Positions 42,471-52,212 of a DNA stretch of 64,000 bases are shown here, piece by piece. The stretch is taken from positions 96,001 to 160,000 of the forward strand of contig CBDBPB010000002.1 of the NCBI GenBank assembly GCA_965208615.1. The letters run 5' to 3'. The position numbers were made by a program, and so were the translations under genes. The notes under the pieces are model-generated. The model was not told where the DNA came from, made no database searches, and worked only from the letters and a program-made list of their open reading frames with translations. The DNA is from Spirochaetota bacterium (GTDB taxonomy: Bacteria > Spirochaetota > UBA6919 > CBDBPB01). How positions within the stretch are numbered: position 1 is the stretch's first letter; each line of letters opens with the position of its first letter.

Positions 42471-42611
42471 ATGTGGACAATATTTTATTTAATAGGGGTT
42501 TCGTTAGTACTTGGTATAGGTGTATGGTTATTTTTCATGTGGGCGGTTAAGAGTGGTCAGTTTGAGGATTCTGAGGATGCAAAGTATAGGATGCTTGATG
42601 ATGATGATTGA
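42471..42611 (+). CDS. ccoS: cbb3-type cytochrome oxidase assembly protein CcoS
   Basis: GGAGG SD; MWTIFYLIGVSLVLGIGVWLFFMWAVKSGQFEDSEDAKYRMLDDDD. Below the ORF-track length cutoff. Confidence 0.92.
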   Translation: MWTIFYLIGVSLVLGIGVWLFFMWAVKSGQFEDSEDAKYRMLDDDD

Positions 42612-42654
42612 CATTATATAAGTGGGTTTATAACTATTTATTAGAGTAGTTTTT

Positions 42655-42909
42655 ATGAATGATAGTTTATTATTAGAACAGTAGGGTGCTGATGTTGTTA
42701 TTGCAAGGGATAGTAAAGTGTTTATAGCTGATAAACTATCAAAAGTAAATAAAAGACAACTAAATGAGCTTTTTGTTCTTTGAATTGAACTTCGTGGTAA
42801 TAGCGGTTACAAGAGGTTTGGAGAGGTGCTTGACAAGCTTAGCATTCCATATAATAGTTTAGATAATGGTCTTAATTCATTAGATAGTATATTTACTAAA
42901 GTTTTTTAA
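42655..42909 (+). pseudogene. Remnant resembling the C-terminus of a CfrBI-like restriction endonuclease
   Basis: Reading GADVVIARDSKVFIADKLS..KRQLNEL.V.*IELR.NSGYKRF with in-frame stops at 42682 and 42781. Family assignment is from recall only. Confidence 0.5.
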
Positions 42910-43067
42910 ATAGTTGTTTTCTTTATTATATTGACCTTTTATATAGATATTACTATCTTTATTTTTCAATAAATAGTATTTGAAAATATATTCTTTATAC
43001 TATATTTTATATATTATTATTCATTTGCATAATTTATTAACTGCATAAGGCAGGGGCGAGAGTATTT

Positions 43068-44753
43068 ATGGAAAAGACAGGAGCACAGATTACCATAGAC
43101 TTTTTAAAGCATCATAAGGTTGAGGTTATATTTGGTATACCGGGTGGAGCTACCTTACCTATTTATGATGAGCTTTATAAGGCTGATATAAGGCATATTC
43201 TAACGAGGCATGAGCAGGGTGCAATACATGCGGCTGAGGGTTATGCTAAGGCAACTGGTAAGGTTGGAGTTTGTTTAGCAACATCAGGTCCAGGGGCTAC
43301 TAATTTAGTTACTGGATTAGCTGATGCTAAAATGGATTCTGTTCCTATATTGGCTATTACTGGACAGGTTGCAACGGGGTTTATAGGGACTGATGCCTTT
43401 CAGGAGGCTGATATTTATGGTATTAGCACTCCCATAACTAAGTATAACAAGTTGGTTAAGGATGTGGATGAGTTGGCATCCACTTTAGAAGAGGCATATT
43501 TTATAGCTGGTTCGAGGCGTCCAGGTCCTGTTTTGGTAGATATTCCAAAGGATATTCAAATTGCAAAGACCAGGAAGGTTAAGTATGTTAATGCTTTACC
43601 ATTTGTTATACGTGAGCGTTATGAGAATATTGAGCCTGTGGGTAATTTTAAGGCTCTTGCTACGGCGATTAATGAGGCTAAGAGGCCTCTTATTTATGTT
43701 GGTGGTGGTGGGGTAATATCTGGTGCTGATAAAGAGATTATTGCTTTGGCTGAGAAAGCTAACATACCAGTTACTACAACCTTAAAGGGTTTGGGTGCTT
43801 TTCCTAGTGCACATAAACTGTATCTTGGTATGCTTGGTATGCATGGTACAAGGGCCGCTAATAATGCTGTATGTCAGTGTGATTTATTAATTGCTTTAGG
43901 GGCTAGGTTTGATGATAGGGTTACTGGTAAGTTGGATGCATTTGCTAGGCAGGCTAAAATTATTCATATTGATATTGACAAGGCTGAGTTAGGTAAGCTT
44001 ATTACCCCTACTTACTCTATTGTAGGGGATCTTAAAAAGGCATTATATATTATTCTTCCTTATATTGATCTTAAGGATAGGGCTGAATGGGTTGCTCAGA
44101 CTTATAAGTGGAAGAGTGATTATCCTCTAACCTATGACAGAGAGGATAAGGATAATATAAAGCCTCAGTATTTTTTAGAGGAGCTTAGTGAGACTATAAA
44201 GGCTGATAACTTTATTATATCAACGGATGTTGGACAGCATCAGATGTGGTCAGCACAGTTTATTCAGTTTTCCAATACCAGGACTTTTTTAACATCAGGT
44301 GGATTGGGTACAATGGGTTATGGGTTTCCAGCGGCTATGGGTGCAAAAGTGGGTTGTCCTGACTCTAATGTTATTCTTATTGCTGGAGATGGTAGTATTC
44401 AGATGAACATTCAGGAATTAGCCACAGTAGCTAGCGAGAATATAGCTGTAAAAATAGTTATTTTGAATAATGGTGTTTTAGGCATGGTTCATCAGTGGCA
44501 GGATATGTTTTTTGAAAAGCGTTATTCTCATTCGGAGTTTAAGGGTATACCTGATTTTGTTAAGCTTGCTGAAGCTTATGGTTTAAATGCTAAGCGTATA
44601 ACTAATAAGAGTGAGGTTAAAGAGGGCATTGACTTTCTTTTAAACTCTGAGAAAACGGTTATATTGGATGTAATTATACCTTCTAATGAGATGGTTTTTC
44701 CTATGGTACCTGTTGGAGCCTCTTTACACGAAATGATTGATTATCAGGAGTAG
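43068..44753 (+). CDS. ilvB: Acetolactate synthase large subunit
   Basis: RHEQGA, TSGPGATN, DVGQHQMW and GDGSIQMN. Confidence 0.96.
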   Translation: MEKTGAQITIDFLKHHKVEVIFGIPGGATLPIYDELYKADIRHILTRHEQGAIHAAEGYAKATGKVGVCLATSGPGATNLVTGLADAKMDSVPILAITGQVATGFIGTDAFQEADIYGISTPITKYNKLVKDVDELASTLEEAYFIAGSRRPGPVLVDIPKDIQIAKTRKVKYVNALPFVIRERYENIEPVGNFKALATAINEAKRPLIYVGGGGVISGADKEIIALAEKANIPVTTTLKGLGAFPSAHKLYLGMLGMHGTRAANNAVCQCDLLIALGARFDDRVTGKLDAFARQAKIIHIDIDKAELGKLITPTYSIVGDLKKALYIILPYIDLKDRAEWVAQTYKWKSDYPLTYDREDKDNIKPQYFLEELSETIKADNFIISTDVGQHQMWSAQFIQFSNTRTFLTSGGLGTMGYGFPAAMGAKVGCPDSNVILIAGDGSIQMNIQELATVASENIAVKIVILNNGVLGMVHQWQDMFFEKRYSHSEFKGIPDFVKLAEAYGLNAKRITNKSEVKEGIDFLLNSEKTVILDVIIPSNEMVFPMVPVGASLHEMIDYQE

Positions 44754-44759
44754 AATATA

Positions 44760-45251
44760 ATGAAACACACTATATTATTGAGGGTTTTAAATAGTGCTGG
44801 GGTAATGTCTCATGTAGTTGGTTTATTTGCAAGACGTGGATATAATATTGATAGTATTGCTGTTGGAGTATGTGATGACCCTAGTGAAAGTGTTATTACC
44901 TTTGTAGTGGATGATAAGGGTAGTTATGATATAATAAAGCAGGTTGATAGTCAACTTCAGAAGTTACCTGGGGTAATAAGTGTTAGGGACTTTTTATATA
45001 ATGAGTCTGTTAATCGTGAATTAGCACTTATACTTGTTAGGTTTAAGAACAAAGAGGAGCAGTTAGAGGCTCTTGAGATTGTAAATGCTTTTGGGGCTAA
45101 TGTTGAGGATATGACTGAGGATACTCTTTTAATAGACATAGCTAGTTTGAGTAGAAAGGTACGTGCACTTATTGGCATATTGTCTAAGAAGTTTGAGATT
45201 ATAGAGATGGCAAGAACGGGTGAGATTGCTCTTCCATATCAGACTGGATAG
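44760..45251 (+). CDS. ilvN: Acetolactate synthase small subunit
   Basis: GLFARRGYNIDS ACT domain and EMARTG. Confidence 0.93.
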   Translation: MKHTILLRVLNSAGVMSHVVGLFARRGYNIDSIAVGVCDDPSESVITFVVDDKGSYDIIKQVDSQLQKLPGVISVRDFLYNESVNRELALILVRFKNKEEQLEALEIVNAFGANVEDMTEDTLLIDIASLSRKVRALIGILSKKFEIIEMARTGEIALPYQTG

Positions 45252-45252
45252 A

Positions 45253-45657
45253 TTATTTAATTCCTTTTAAGTGTAAGAATGATATATATTGTTTATCTAC
45301 TACTTTTATATGGTTTAGTAGCCAATCTATTAAGAACCTTCCGATTTGTGGTATTAGGAATTTGTTATCTCCGTTATTAAGTTTACTTTTAAAGTCTTTT
45401 ATTTTGTTTTTAAAGGTATTATGGATTTCTTTATGCTCGTCAAATTCGGGATAGTTATTTTCAGATAATAGATTTTCTTCGTACGCAAGGTGATAATCCA
45501 TATAATTAAATAAGGAGTCTATTATATTTTTTATTTTACTATTATTATGTCTACTTATTAGTAATTCATTAATTAACTCTACTAGTTTTTTATGTTGCTT
45601 ATCAATTTCTTTTATATCGATGTTATAACTTTTATCCCAATCGATTACTAGTTTCAT
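45253..45657 (-). CDS. Bacteriohemerythrin
   Basis: W..IDKQHKKL, HLAYEE, HKEIH and WLLNHIKVVD; GGAGG SD. Confidence 0.92.
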   Translation of the reverse strand: MKLVIDWDKSYNIDIKEIDKQHKKLVELINELLISRHNNSKIKNIIDSLFNYMDYHLAYEENLLSENNYPEFDEHKEIHNTFKNKIKDFKSKLNNGDNKFLIPQIGRFLIDWLLNHIKVVDKQYISFLHLKGIK

Positions 45658-46069
45658 TTATTAGTTGCCCTCCTTTTGCGGTTTAAAACTGAACTTAGTA
45701 TTATATTGAGTTTTTAAAATTATAATTTTGTTTTTGTATTAGGAAATACAATATAATAACTAAAAAAAGTAAATCAATATGATCATTGTTATTTTATAAA
45801 ATATTTGTTAGTCAATCTATTTTTTTATTAAATGTTATAGATATTAAAACGTTTACATAATATTTACATCTACCACCCAATAACTAAATCATTAACCAAT
45901 ACTAACTCTGAATTGTTAAATTATCCTAAAACATTTTTTATTATATTTATCCGCAATCTTGTTAAAAAAAGTGTTAATTAAAATATAGTAAAAATGCTTT
46001 AATTAATAACTATATCCACTTGTTTACTAAACCAATTTATAACTATAAAATAACTAAAGGCTATCAACA

Positions 46070-47686
46070 ATGAAAAGTAAAATAATTGCTTTAAAATTAA
46101 CTATACTACTTATTATGGGATGTAGTGATACTAAACATTCTCCAACATATTATTCTCCTAAAAAAAAAGATAGTAGTGCCTTATTTAGTAATAGATATTC
46201 TGAAAAAAAAGCATACCTCAATGAAAAAAGAGTCTTGCCCCCTGAGCTAAAGGATAGAGAAAAATATGAGTATTACGGCGAGAACCCCAGAACCAGTCCA
46301 CTGATTAATCCTGTTAGCACTTTCAGCATTGACGTGGATACTGCTAGCTATACAAATGCAAGAAGATATATTAATAGAATGAATAAACTACCTCCAAAGT
46401 CGTCTATCAGAGTGGAAGAGTTCATAAACTATTTTGACTATAATTATCCTCTACCAAAAAGTAATAATCCCTTTTCGATTAACTTTGAACTTGCTCAGTC
46501 CCCCTTTGACAACAATAGACTATTACTGCATATAGGCCTTAAGGGCAAGGAAATACCATTCGAAAAAAGACCTGCATCTAATTTGGTATTTCTTCTGGAT
46601 GTATCTGGATCTATGAACTCAGAGTTTAAGCTGGGACTGCTTAAAAAAGCACTTATTATGCTTACTGATCAGATGACTGAAAAAGATAAAGTTAGTATTG
46701 TTGTATACGCTGGTTCATCCGGAGTTGTTCTACTACCCACTAATGGTAATAAAAAAGCTGAAATTAAAAATGCTCTTAATAGGCTAAGTGCTGGTGGTAG
46801 TACTGCTGGATCAGAGGGTATTCAGTTGGCGTATAAAATGGCTGAAAGGGCTTATATAAAAAACGGCATTAATCGTGTTATCCTTGCCACTGATGGGGAT
46901 TTTAACGTTGGTATAACAGATCACAAGGAACTTATTACTCTTATTGAAAATAAAAGAAAATCTGGGATAGCCTTAACTGTTTTGGGTTTTGGTATGTGGA
47001 ACCTTAATGATAGAACTATGGAACAGCTAGCTAATAAGGGTAATGGTAACTATTTCTATATTGATAGCTCAAACGAAGCAAAAAAAGTATTGGTTAATGA
47101 ATTAGGCTCTACCCTTCAGATTATTGCTAAGGACGTTAAAGTTCAGATCGAGTTTAATCCTAAGTATATATCCTCTTATAGGCTTATTGGATATGAAAAT
47201 AGAAAGCTATCCAAAGAGCAGTTTGACGATGACACCGTTGATGCTGGGGATATTGGTGCAGGACATAGTATAACAGCTATTTATGAGCTTACTATGACCA
47301 GTAGAGCTAAGGATCAGATGAATCTACGCTATGGTGAGGAGCATAGCACTATTAAAAAAGGTATTAAAAAAACTAATACCACCTTTAAAGATGAAATTGC
47401 CTTTTTTAAACTTAGGTATAAGCCTGATAACGGCAAGGTTAGCAAGTTGATTACAAAACCTTTGTTAAAAAGTGATCTTATTACTAATAAGCCCAGTAAT
47501 AATTTTATTTTCTCAGCGTCTGTGGCATACTTTGCTCAAAAGCTTAGGGAGAGCAAGTATTCTAAGGGTATAGGTTATAATAAGATTCTTAATATGATGG
47601 CTAGTAGTAAAGGTGAGGATAAATGGGGATATAGACAAGAATGCGAAAACCTTATTAGAAAAGCAAAGACTATATCAAAGGGATAA
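46070..47686 (+). CDS. YfbK-like VWA lipoprotein
   Basis: Lipobox LIMG-C; STFSIDVDTASY, RVEEFINYF, DVSGSM, ATDGDFNVG and YRLIGYENR. Confidence 0.9.
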   Translation: MKSKIIALKLTILLIMGCSDTKHSPTYYSPKKKDSSALFSNRYSEKKAYLNEKRVLPPELKDREKYEYYGENPRTSPLINPVSTFSIDVDTASYTNARRYINRMNKLPPKSSIRVEEFINYFDYNYPLPKSNNPFSINFELAQSPFDNNRLLLHIGLKGKEIPFEKRPASNLVFLLDVSGSMNSEFKLGLLKKALIMLTDQMTEKDKVSIVVYAGSSGVVLLPTNGNKKAEIKNALNRLSAGGSTAGSEGIQLAYKMAERAYIKNGINRVILATDGDFNVGITDHKELITLIENKRKSGIALTVLGFGMWNLNDRTMEQLANKGNGNYFYIDSSNEAKKVLVNELGSTLQIIAKDVKVQIEFNPKYISSYRLIGYENRKLSKEQFDDDTVDAGDIGAGHSITAIYELTMTSRAKDQMNLRYGEEHSTIKKGIKKTNTTFKDEIAFFKLRYKPDNGKVSKLITKPLLKSDLITNKPSNNFIFSASVAYFAQKLRESKYSKGIGYNKILNMMASSKGEDKWGYRQECENLIRKAKTISKG

Positions 47687-47691
47687 TTAAC

Positions 47692-48759
47692 CTATCTTAT
47701 AAATCCTTTAGTTTTGTTAAACTCTTTTATAAACATGGATATTCCTTTTGCTATACCTGATGCACTATTATTTTGGTAGGTTCTAGTTTTTATATATTTA
47801 GCTTCTTTTTTATTTGATAAAAATCCTACCTCTACTAGGATAGAAGGAAGATTATTATAGGTGATAACAAAAAAAGGTTTACGAGCCTTAATACCGCGAT
47901 TAATAGTATACCTTTTTACTTTTTTATATAGCTCATTATTAACAAGCTCTGCTAATCTGTATGATTCTTTACTAATTTCCAGATTATACATTTGAGTAAT
48001 GATACTCCTAGCTTCTTTGTTATAGGAAAGAGGTTTTACTAGTTTTGTTATATAAGTTATCCTGTCTTTTCTCTTATCATTAACTTTGGAAGAATAAAAA
48101 AAGGTCTCAATACCGTAGCTATCCTTATTCAGTGAGGCATTGGCGTGTATGCTTACGAATAAACCATGGTTATTTGACTTAGTAAGTTTAATTGCCATAA
48201 GGTTTCTTTTCTCTAAGGACAAAAATCTATCATCTTGTCTGGTAAGGATTATTGGTATATTTGGATTAGAACGTTGTAAAAGCTTTTTTACCCTTTTTGC
48301 TATGGATAAATTTATATGTTTTTCTTTTATACCGTTATTAATGTTACCTGGGTCTTTACCGCCGTGTCCTGGATCAATTAGTATAAACTTGATTTTAGTA
48401 TTTTTATCTTTTGCTTTATAAGCCGGATTAGCATATTTAGTTTTTAGAGACTTTAACCTATGAATAAACATCTTAGGTAGTATTATTCGTCCATTTTTAG
48501 TGGTAATGGGGTAGTCTAATAGCCATATTTGTTGTTTTCCATTTAGACCTTTCACAATGGTGGATCTTGAGTTTAAAAGAAAGTGTATTTTGTATAAGTT
48601 ATTTTTTAGGATAAAGCTTTCTTTTTGGATGTTAATTTCTAGTTTAAATCTGTTTTTTTTCAAAAAAGCTTTTAGGTATATATAACTGCTATTTTTGCCT
48701 TGTACTACATTTACCAGTAATAAAGTAATAATGATTAAGGTTATCTTTTTTAGAACCAA
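47692..48759 (-). CDS. N-acetylmuramoyl-L-alanine amidase (Amidase_3)
   Basis: IDPGHGGKDPG, EK, SIHANA and LVEVGFLSN. Confidence 0.92.
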   Translation of the reverse strand: MVLKKITLIIITLLLVNVVQGKNSSYIYLKAFLKKNRFKLEINIQKESFILKNNLYKIHFLLNSRSTIVKGLNGKQQIWLLDYPITTKNGRIILPKMFIHRLKSLKTKYANPAYKAKDKNTKIKFILIDPGHGGKDPGNINNGIKEKHINLSIAKRVKKLLQRSNPNIPIILTRQDDRFLSLEKRNLMAIKLTKSNNHGLFVSIHANASLNKDSYGIETFFYSSKVNDKRKDRITYITKLVKPLSYNKEARSIITQMYNLEISKESYRLAELVNNELYKKVKRYTINRGIKARKPFFVITYNNLPSILVEVGFLSNKKEAKYIKTRTYQNNSASGIAKGISMFIKEFNKTKGFIR

Positions 48760-48890
48760 TTATAATTCCCCTTATAAAATAAGGGATCGGGATTTTATCT
48801 TGTTAGTTTAAGGCGTGAAGGATATTTTAACTTAAATATATAAAACTATAGCTTAATATTAAAAGATATTGCTAGCTTTATACTTATACA

Positions 48891-49472
48891 TTAATCATGG
48901 CTATACATTCTTTGTTCTTTATCTATTTTTGGTAGTCTTAATAGTTGTTTTTCTATTGGTTTTTTTAACTCAGCTTCTATATACTTAGCACGATCGGCAA
49001 TAGTGGGAGGATCTTTATCAATACCCCTTAGGAACTTCCATAGCCATCCTGGCCCTTCACTAATTTCTGGATTTAATTTTATAGCTTTCTTATAATCTGC
49101 TACTGCGAGTTTGTATTCACCCATATAGTCGTTTACTATACCCCTATTGGCATAGGCGCCAGCAAACTCACTATCAATATCTATAGCCTTATCTATGTTC
49201 TTAAGAGCCATATCAAGCTTATTTAACTTTAGATAAGCTATACCTAAACCAAGATAGGCATTAGGATGTTTAGGATTAACTTTAATAGCTTCTTTAAACT
49301 CGTCTATTGCCTCGTTAAAATTACCATCTTCTAAACGATGATTACCAGATTTAACATGATAATCTCCTGGTGTATCGTCTCTGTTAACGTAAAAATAAGC
49401 CACAATTCCAATACCAATTAATATAATAACAGCTAATATACCGCTATATGAACTTTTACCAAAACCAGTCAT
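48891..49472 (-). CDS. Membrane-anchored TPR protein
   Basis: N-terminal TM segment and three TPR repeats (AYLGLG, AYANRG). Confidence 0.85.
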   Translation of the reverse strand: MTGFGKSSYSGILAVIILIGIGIVAYFYVNRDDTPGDYHVKSGNHRLEDGNFNEAIDEFKEAIKVNPKHPNAYLGLGIAYLKLNKLDMALKNIDKAIDIDSEFAGAYANRGIVNDYMGEYKLAVADYKKAIKLNPEISEGPGWLWKFLRGIDKDPPTIADRAKYIEAELKKPIEKQLLRLPKIDKEQRMYSHD

Positions 49473-49718
49473 TTAGTTTGAACCTCCAAAGGTTTTATAA
49501 ATTATTACTCGGGTAAATAAAAAAGCAAATGTCATTGATATAATAGCAGCAAAATATAAAGCTCTTTTTGTTACTTTTTCTAATTCTTCCTTAGATATTG
49601 CCCTATTATTCTTCTTCTGAAACCGGTTTATGCCCATATTAGTTATAAGCTTTCTAATAGGAAAAAATAATGCAGTGCCTAATAAAATAGACGAAATTGT
49701 GTACCATGCTGTTAGCAA
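49473..49718 (-). CDS. Small two-TM membrane protein
   Basis: AAGGAG SD with a TTG start; abuts the TPR gene. Confidence 0.65.
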   Translation of the reverse strand: MLTAWYTISSILLGTALFFPIRKLITNMGINRFQKKNNRAISKEELEKVTKRALYFAAIISMTFAFLFTRVIIYKTFGGSN

Positions 49719-49810
49719 TGAAATCTCCTTTAGTTTTATTATTTGTAATAAGTATAATAAAAGATTTAATATTAAGAAGTGAAAGTGTAAGGTAATAAAA
49801 ATGTTTAGAT

Positions 49811-49831
49811 AAGAGGGGCTAAGCCCCTCTT
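49811..49831. terminator. Hairpin downstream of the SSS transporter gene
   Basis: Perfect inverted repeat AAGAGGGGC-taa-GCCCCTCTT; weak U-tract. Confidence 0.65.
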
Positions 49832-49843
49832 AATTATAGTTTA

Positions 49844-51808
49844 TTATGGTTTATCAGTATCCATTCTAGCGGAGTCTACATCTCCAATATCTTCAACCAT
49901 GGCTACAACCTCTGTATCAGGAACAGTAGATAGTTGCATTTTATAGGCTAAGAACCACATCATAAAAATACCAACAAATAGCCAAATAATGTGCCATACC
50001 CATATAGAAGGCATACCAAATACCCATGTGCTATAGTTATTAGGATCACCAAAAAGAGTATTACCTATAACAGCACCAGGCCCTATTCCAAAGAAGAACC
50101 ATACAATAGTTATGATCCATGCAGTAGGTACCAACGATTTTTTCTCAGCAGGTACACCAGCATGCTCTTTAAGATAGTCATGGTACTTCATTCTGTGTTT
50201 TGTTTCGTTATTATCTTGAGTAAAGAAACTAACAATTACAGCAGTACCAAAGTTAAAGAAAAACCCCCAGAATGCAGAGTGCATAGTAAGAGGCCATCTT
50301 CCCCATGGGTTTATTCCAATAGCTTTAAACAAGCTAGCACCAATGCTCTCAGTTAAGGTAACAGCAATTAACCCAAGAATTAGACCAAGAGTAACTCCTT
50401 GTCTTGTTAGCCATGGCCACCAACATATTCCAATAAGAGCAGGCCACATTTGAAAGCCATAAGCTACAGCTAAACCACCAAGTAGCACCAAAGCGTCTTT
50501 AGAGAATGTCGCCACAATAAGAGCTAGTCCAGTAATAATAGCTACACCTATTCTACCAAATAGTTTTTGTGTTCCATGACCAGCCTTAGGATTAAGGAAC
50601 CTTTTATAAATATCTCTGGTTAACATACCACCAGCGGTTGACATATAAGCCGCACCAGTGGACTGCATTGCCGCAAGAGCACAGACAGCTAATAAACCAA
50701 CTAACCATGGAGCGCCAGTACTCATTAGGTGTATGAGTTCTGGTACTAATTGTCCTTGTTTACCCCATGGAAGGTCTTTTATTACATTAGAAATACCATT
50801 AGCCGAAGCCCATTCTATCATGCTTTTATCTGCGCCAAGTAAGTGAGCTCCCATACCCTGAATAGCAGTAAATACTATCAATATAATACCAATACCAGCA
50901 GAAGAAGCCCATACTTGCTGAGGAGCAAATGGCTTTGGATTCTTATTGGAAAAAGACCACATTGAGAACGCAGGAGCTGATTGAATACCCATAAGAGCAA
51001 ACATATATGTTAATACCATAACTCCAGTCCATGCACCTCCACTAGCTTTGGCCAAGCTTGCACCAGACTTGACAAACTGTATCACCCCGGGTATGGCAAT
51101 ATAATGACTATAACCATCTATAGTTCTATTTGTGTCTACTTTTGCTAGTTCAGCAATACCTATGTTTAGCTTTTCAAAGCCACCAACAAAGGTTAGGGTA
51201 ATAATACCTATTGCCACAATACCAAGAGCTAATAATACCCCTTGAGCAGTATCCACATATGCTACAGCTCTTAAGCCTCCTGAAGCAACATAGATTACAA
51301 CTACAATAGATAAAAGCCACATTCCAGCGGTAACAGGGAATAAGCCATCGGTTAACACGTTAAAAAGGAACCCAGATGCACGTAACTGTAGTCCTAAATA
51401 TGGCACAGAAAATATTAACGCCACAATTACAGTTAGAATACGCATTGTATCAGACTTAAAGTAGTCAGAATACATCTCACCGGGAGTAATGTATCCAAAA
51501 CGTTTACCTAATATCCATTGTCTCTTTAAAAAGAGTACCCCAGTAAACGGAATGGTGATAGCATAAAAAGATGCGTATGCATATTGAAAGCCGTCACGAA
51601 ATACTAGACCAGGGTGTCCAACAAAAGTCCAGCCTGAAAAGGACGTTGCTGTTGCCGCTAATACAAATACCCATATTGGGATAGTTCGCCCTGCAATAAA
51701 GTAGTCAGAAGCTGTTTTTGCAGTTTTGGCTCCCTTAAAACCCCAGTATAGACAATATGCCCAATACAAGATAACAAACACAAATAACCAAATTACATGT
51801 GCTTTCAT
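49844..51808 (-). CDS. Sodium:solute symporter family transporter
   Basis: DYFIAGR, ATSFSGWTFVG, GGLRAVAYVD and AAMQST; many TM segments; GGAGG SD. Confidence 0.92.
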   Translation of the reverse strand: MKAHVIWLFVFVILYWAYCLYWGFKGAKTAKTASDYFIAGRTIPIWVFVLAATATSFSGWTFVGHPGLVFRDGFQYAYASFYAITIPFTGVLFLKRQWILGKRFGYITPGEMYSDYFKSDTMRILTVIVALIFSVPYLGLQLRASGFLFNVLTDGLFPVTAGMWLLSIVVVIYVASGGLRAVAYVDTAQGVLLALGIVAIGIITLTFVGGFEKLNIGIAELAKVDTNRTIDGYSHYIAIPGVIQFVKSGASLAKASGGAWTGVMVLTYMFALMGIQSAPAFSMWSFSNKNPKPFAPQQVWASSAGIGIILIVFTAIQGMGAHLLGADKSMIEWASANGISNVIKDLPWGKQGQLVPELIHLMSTGAPWLVGLLAVCALAAMQSTGAAYMSTAGGMLTRDIYKRFLNPKAGHGTQKLFGRIGVAIITGLALIVATFSKDALVLLGGLAVAYGFQMWPALIGICWWPWLTRQGVTLGLILGLIAVTLTESIGASLFKAIGINPWGRWPLTMHSAFWGFFFNFGTAVIVSFFTQDNNETKHRMKYHDYLKEHAGVPAEKKSLVPTAWIITIVWFFFGIGPGAVIGNTLFGDPNNYSTWVFGMPSIWVWHIIWLFVGIFMMWFLAYKMQLSTVPDTEVVAMVEDIGDVDSARMDTDKP

Positions 51809-52212
51809 ATGATAAAGTACCTCCTTAGAAGTTTTACTATAATTAATGTATTTAATGATTAATTTAGAGATACTGATTATATTTTAAATTTTAGCTAAGA
51901 CTATTTTTTATGGTGAGTTTGATTAATTTGCTTAAACCTAAAATCACATCAGTATAACTACACAACTTATACAATATAATATAAAATATTTATTTATACA
52001 AGTAAAAAAGAAAAAATGTGCTTTAGGTTAGGGCTGACATGTGATTATTTTGATTAACATAAAAAAGGGATAACTATTTATATTTTATAATATAAATTTA
52101 ATAAGTTTTGGTATATTTAAAGCTTTATTTTTTTTGGTAAAAAAATATTATATCGAATAATTGACTATTAATTTTGAGTTATTAATAGTATATAATCATA
52201 ATTTAGCAGAGG

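Noticed and set aside
42910-43067. ilv attenuator leader peptide
   Set aside because: No Ile/Leu/Val-rich leader ORF with terminator/antiterminator hairpins was found.
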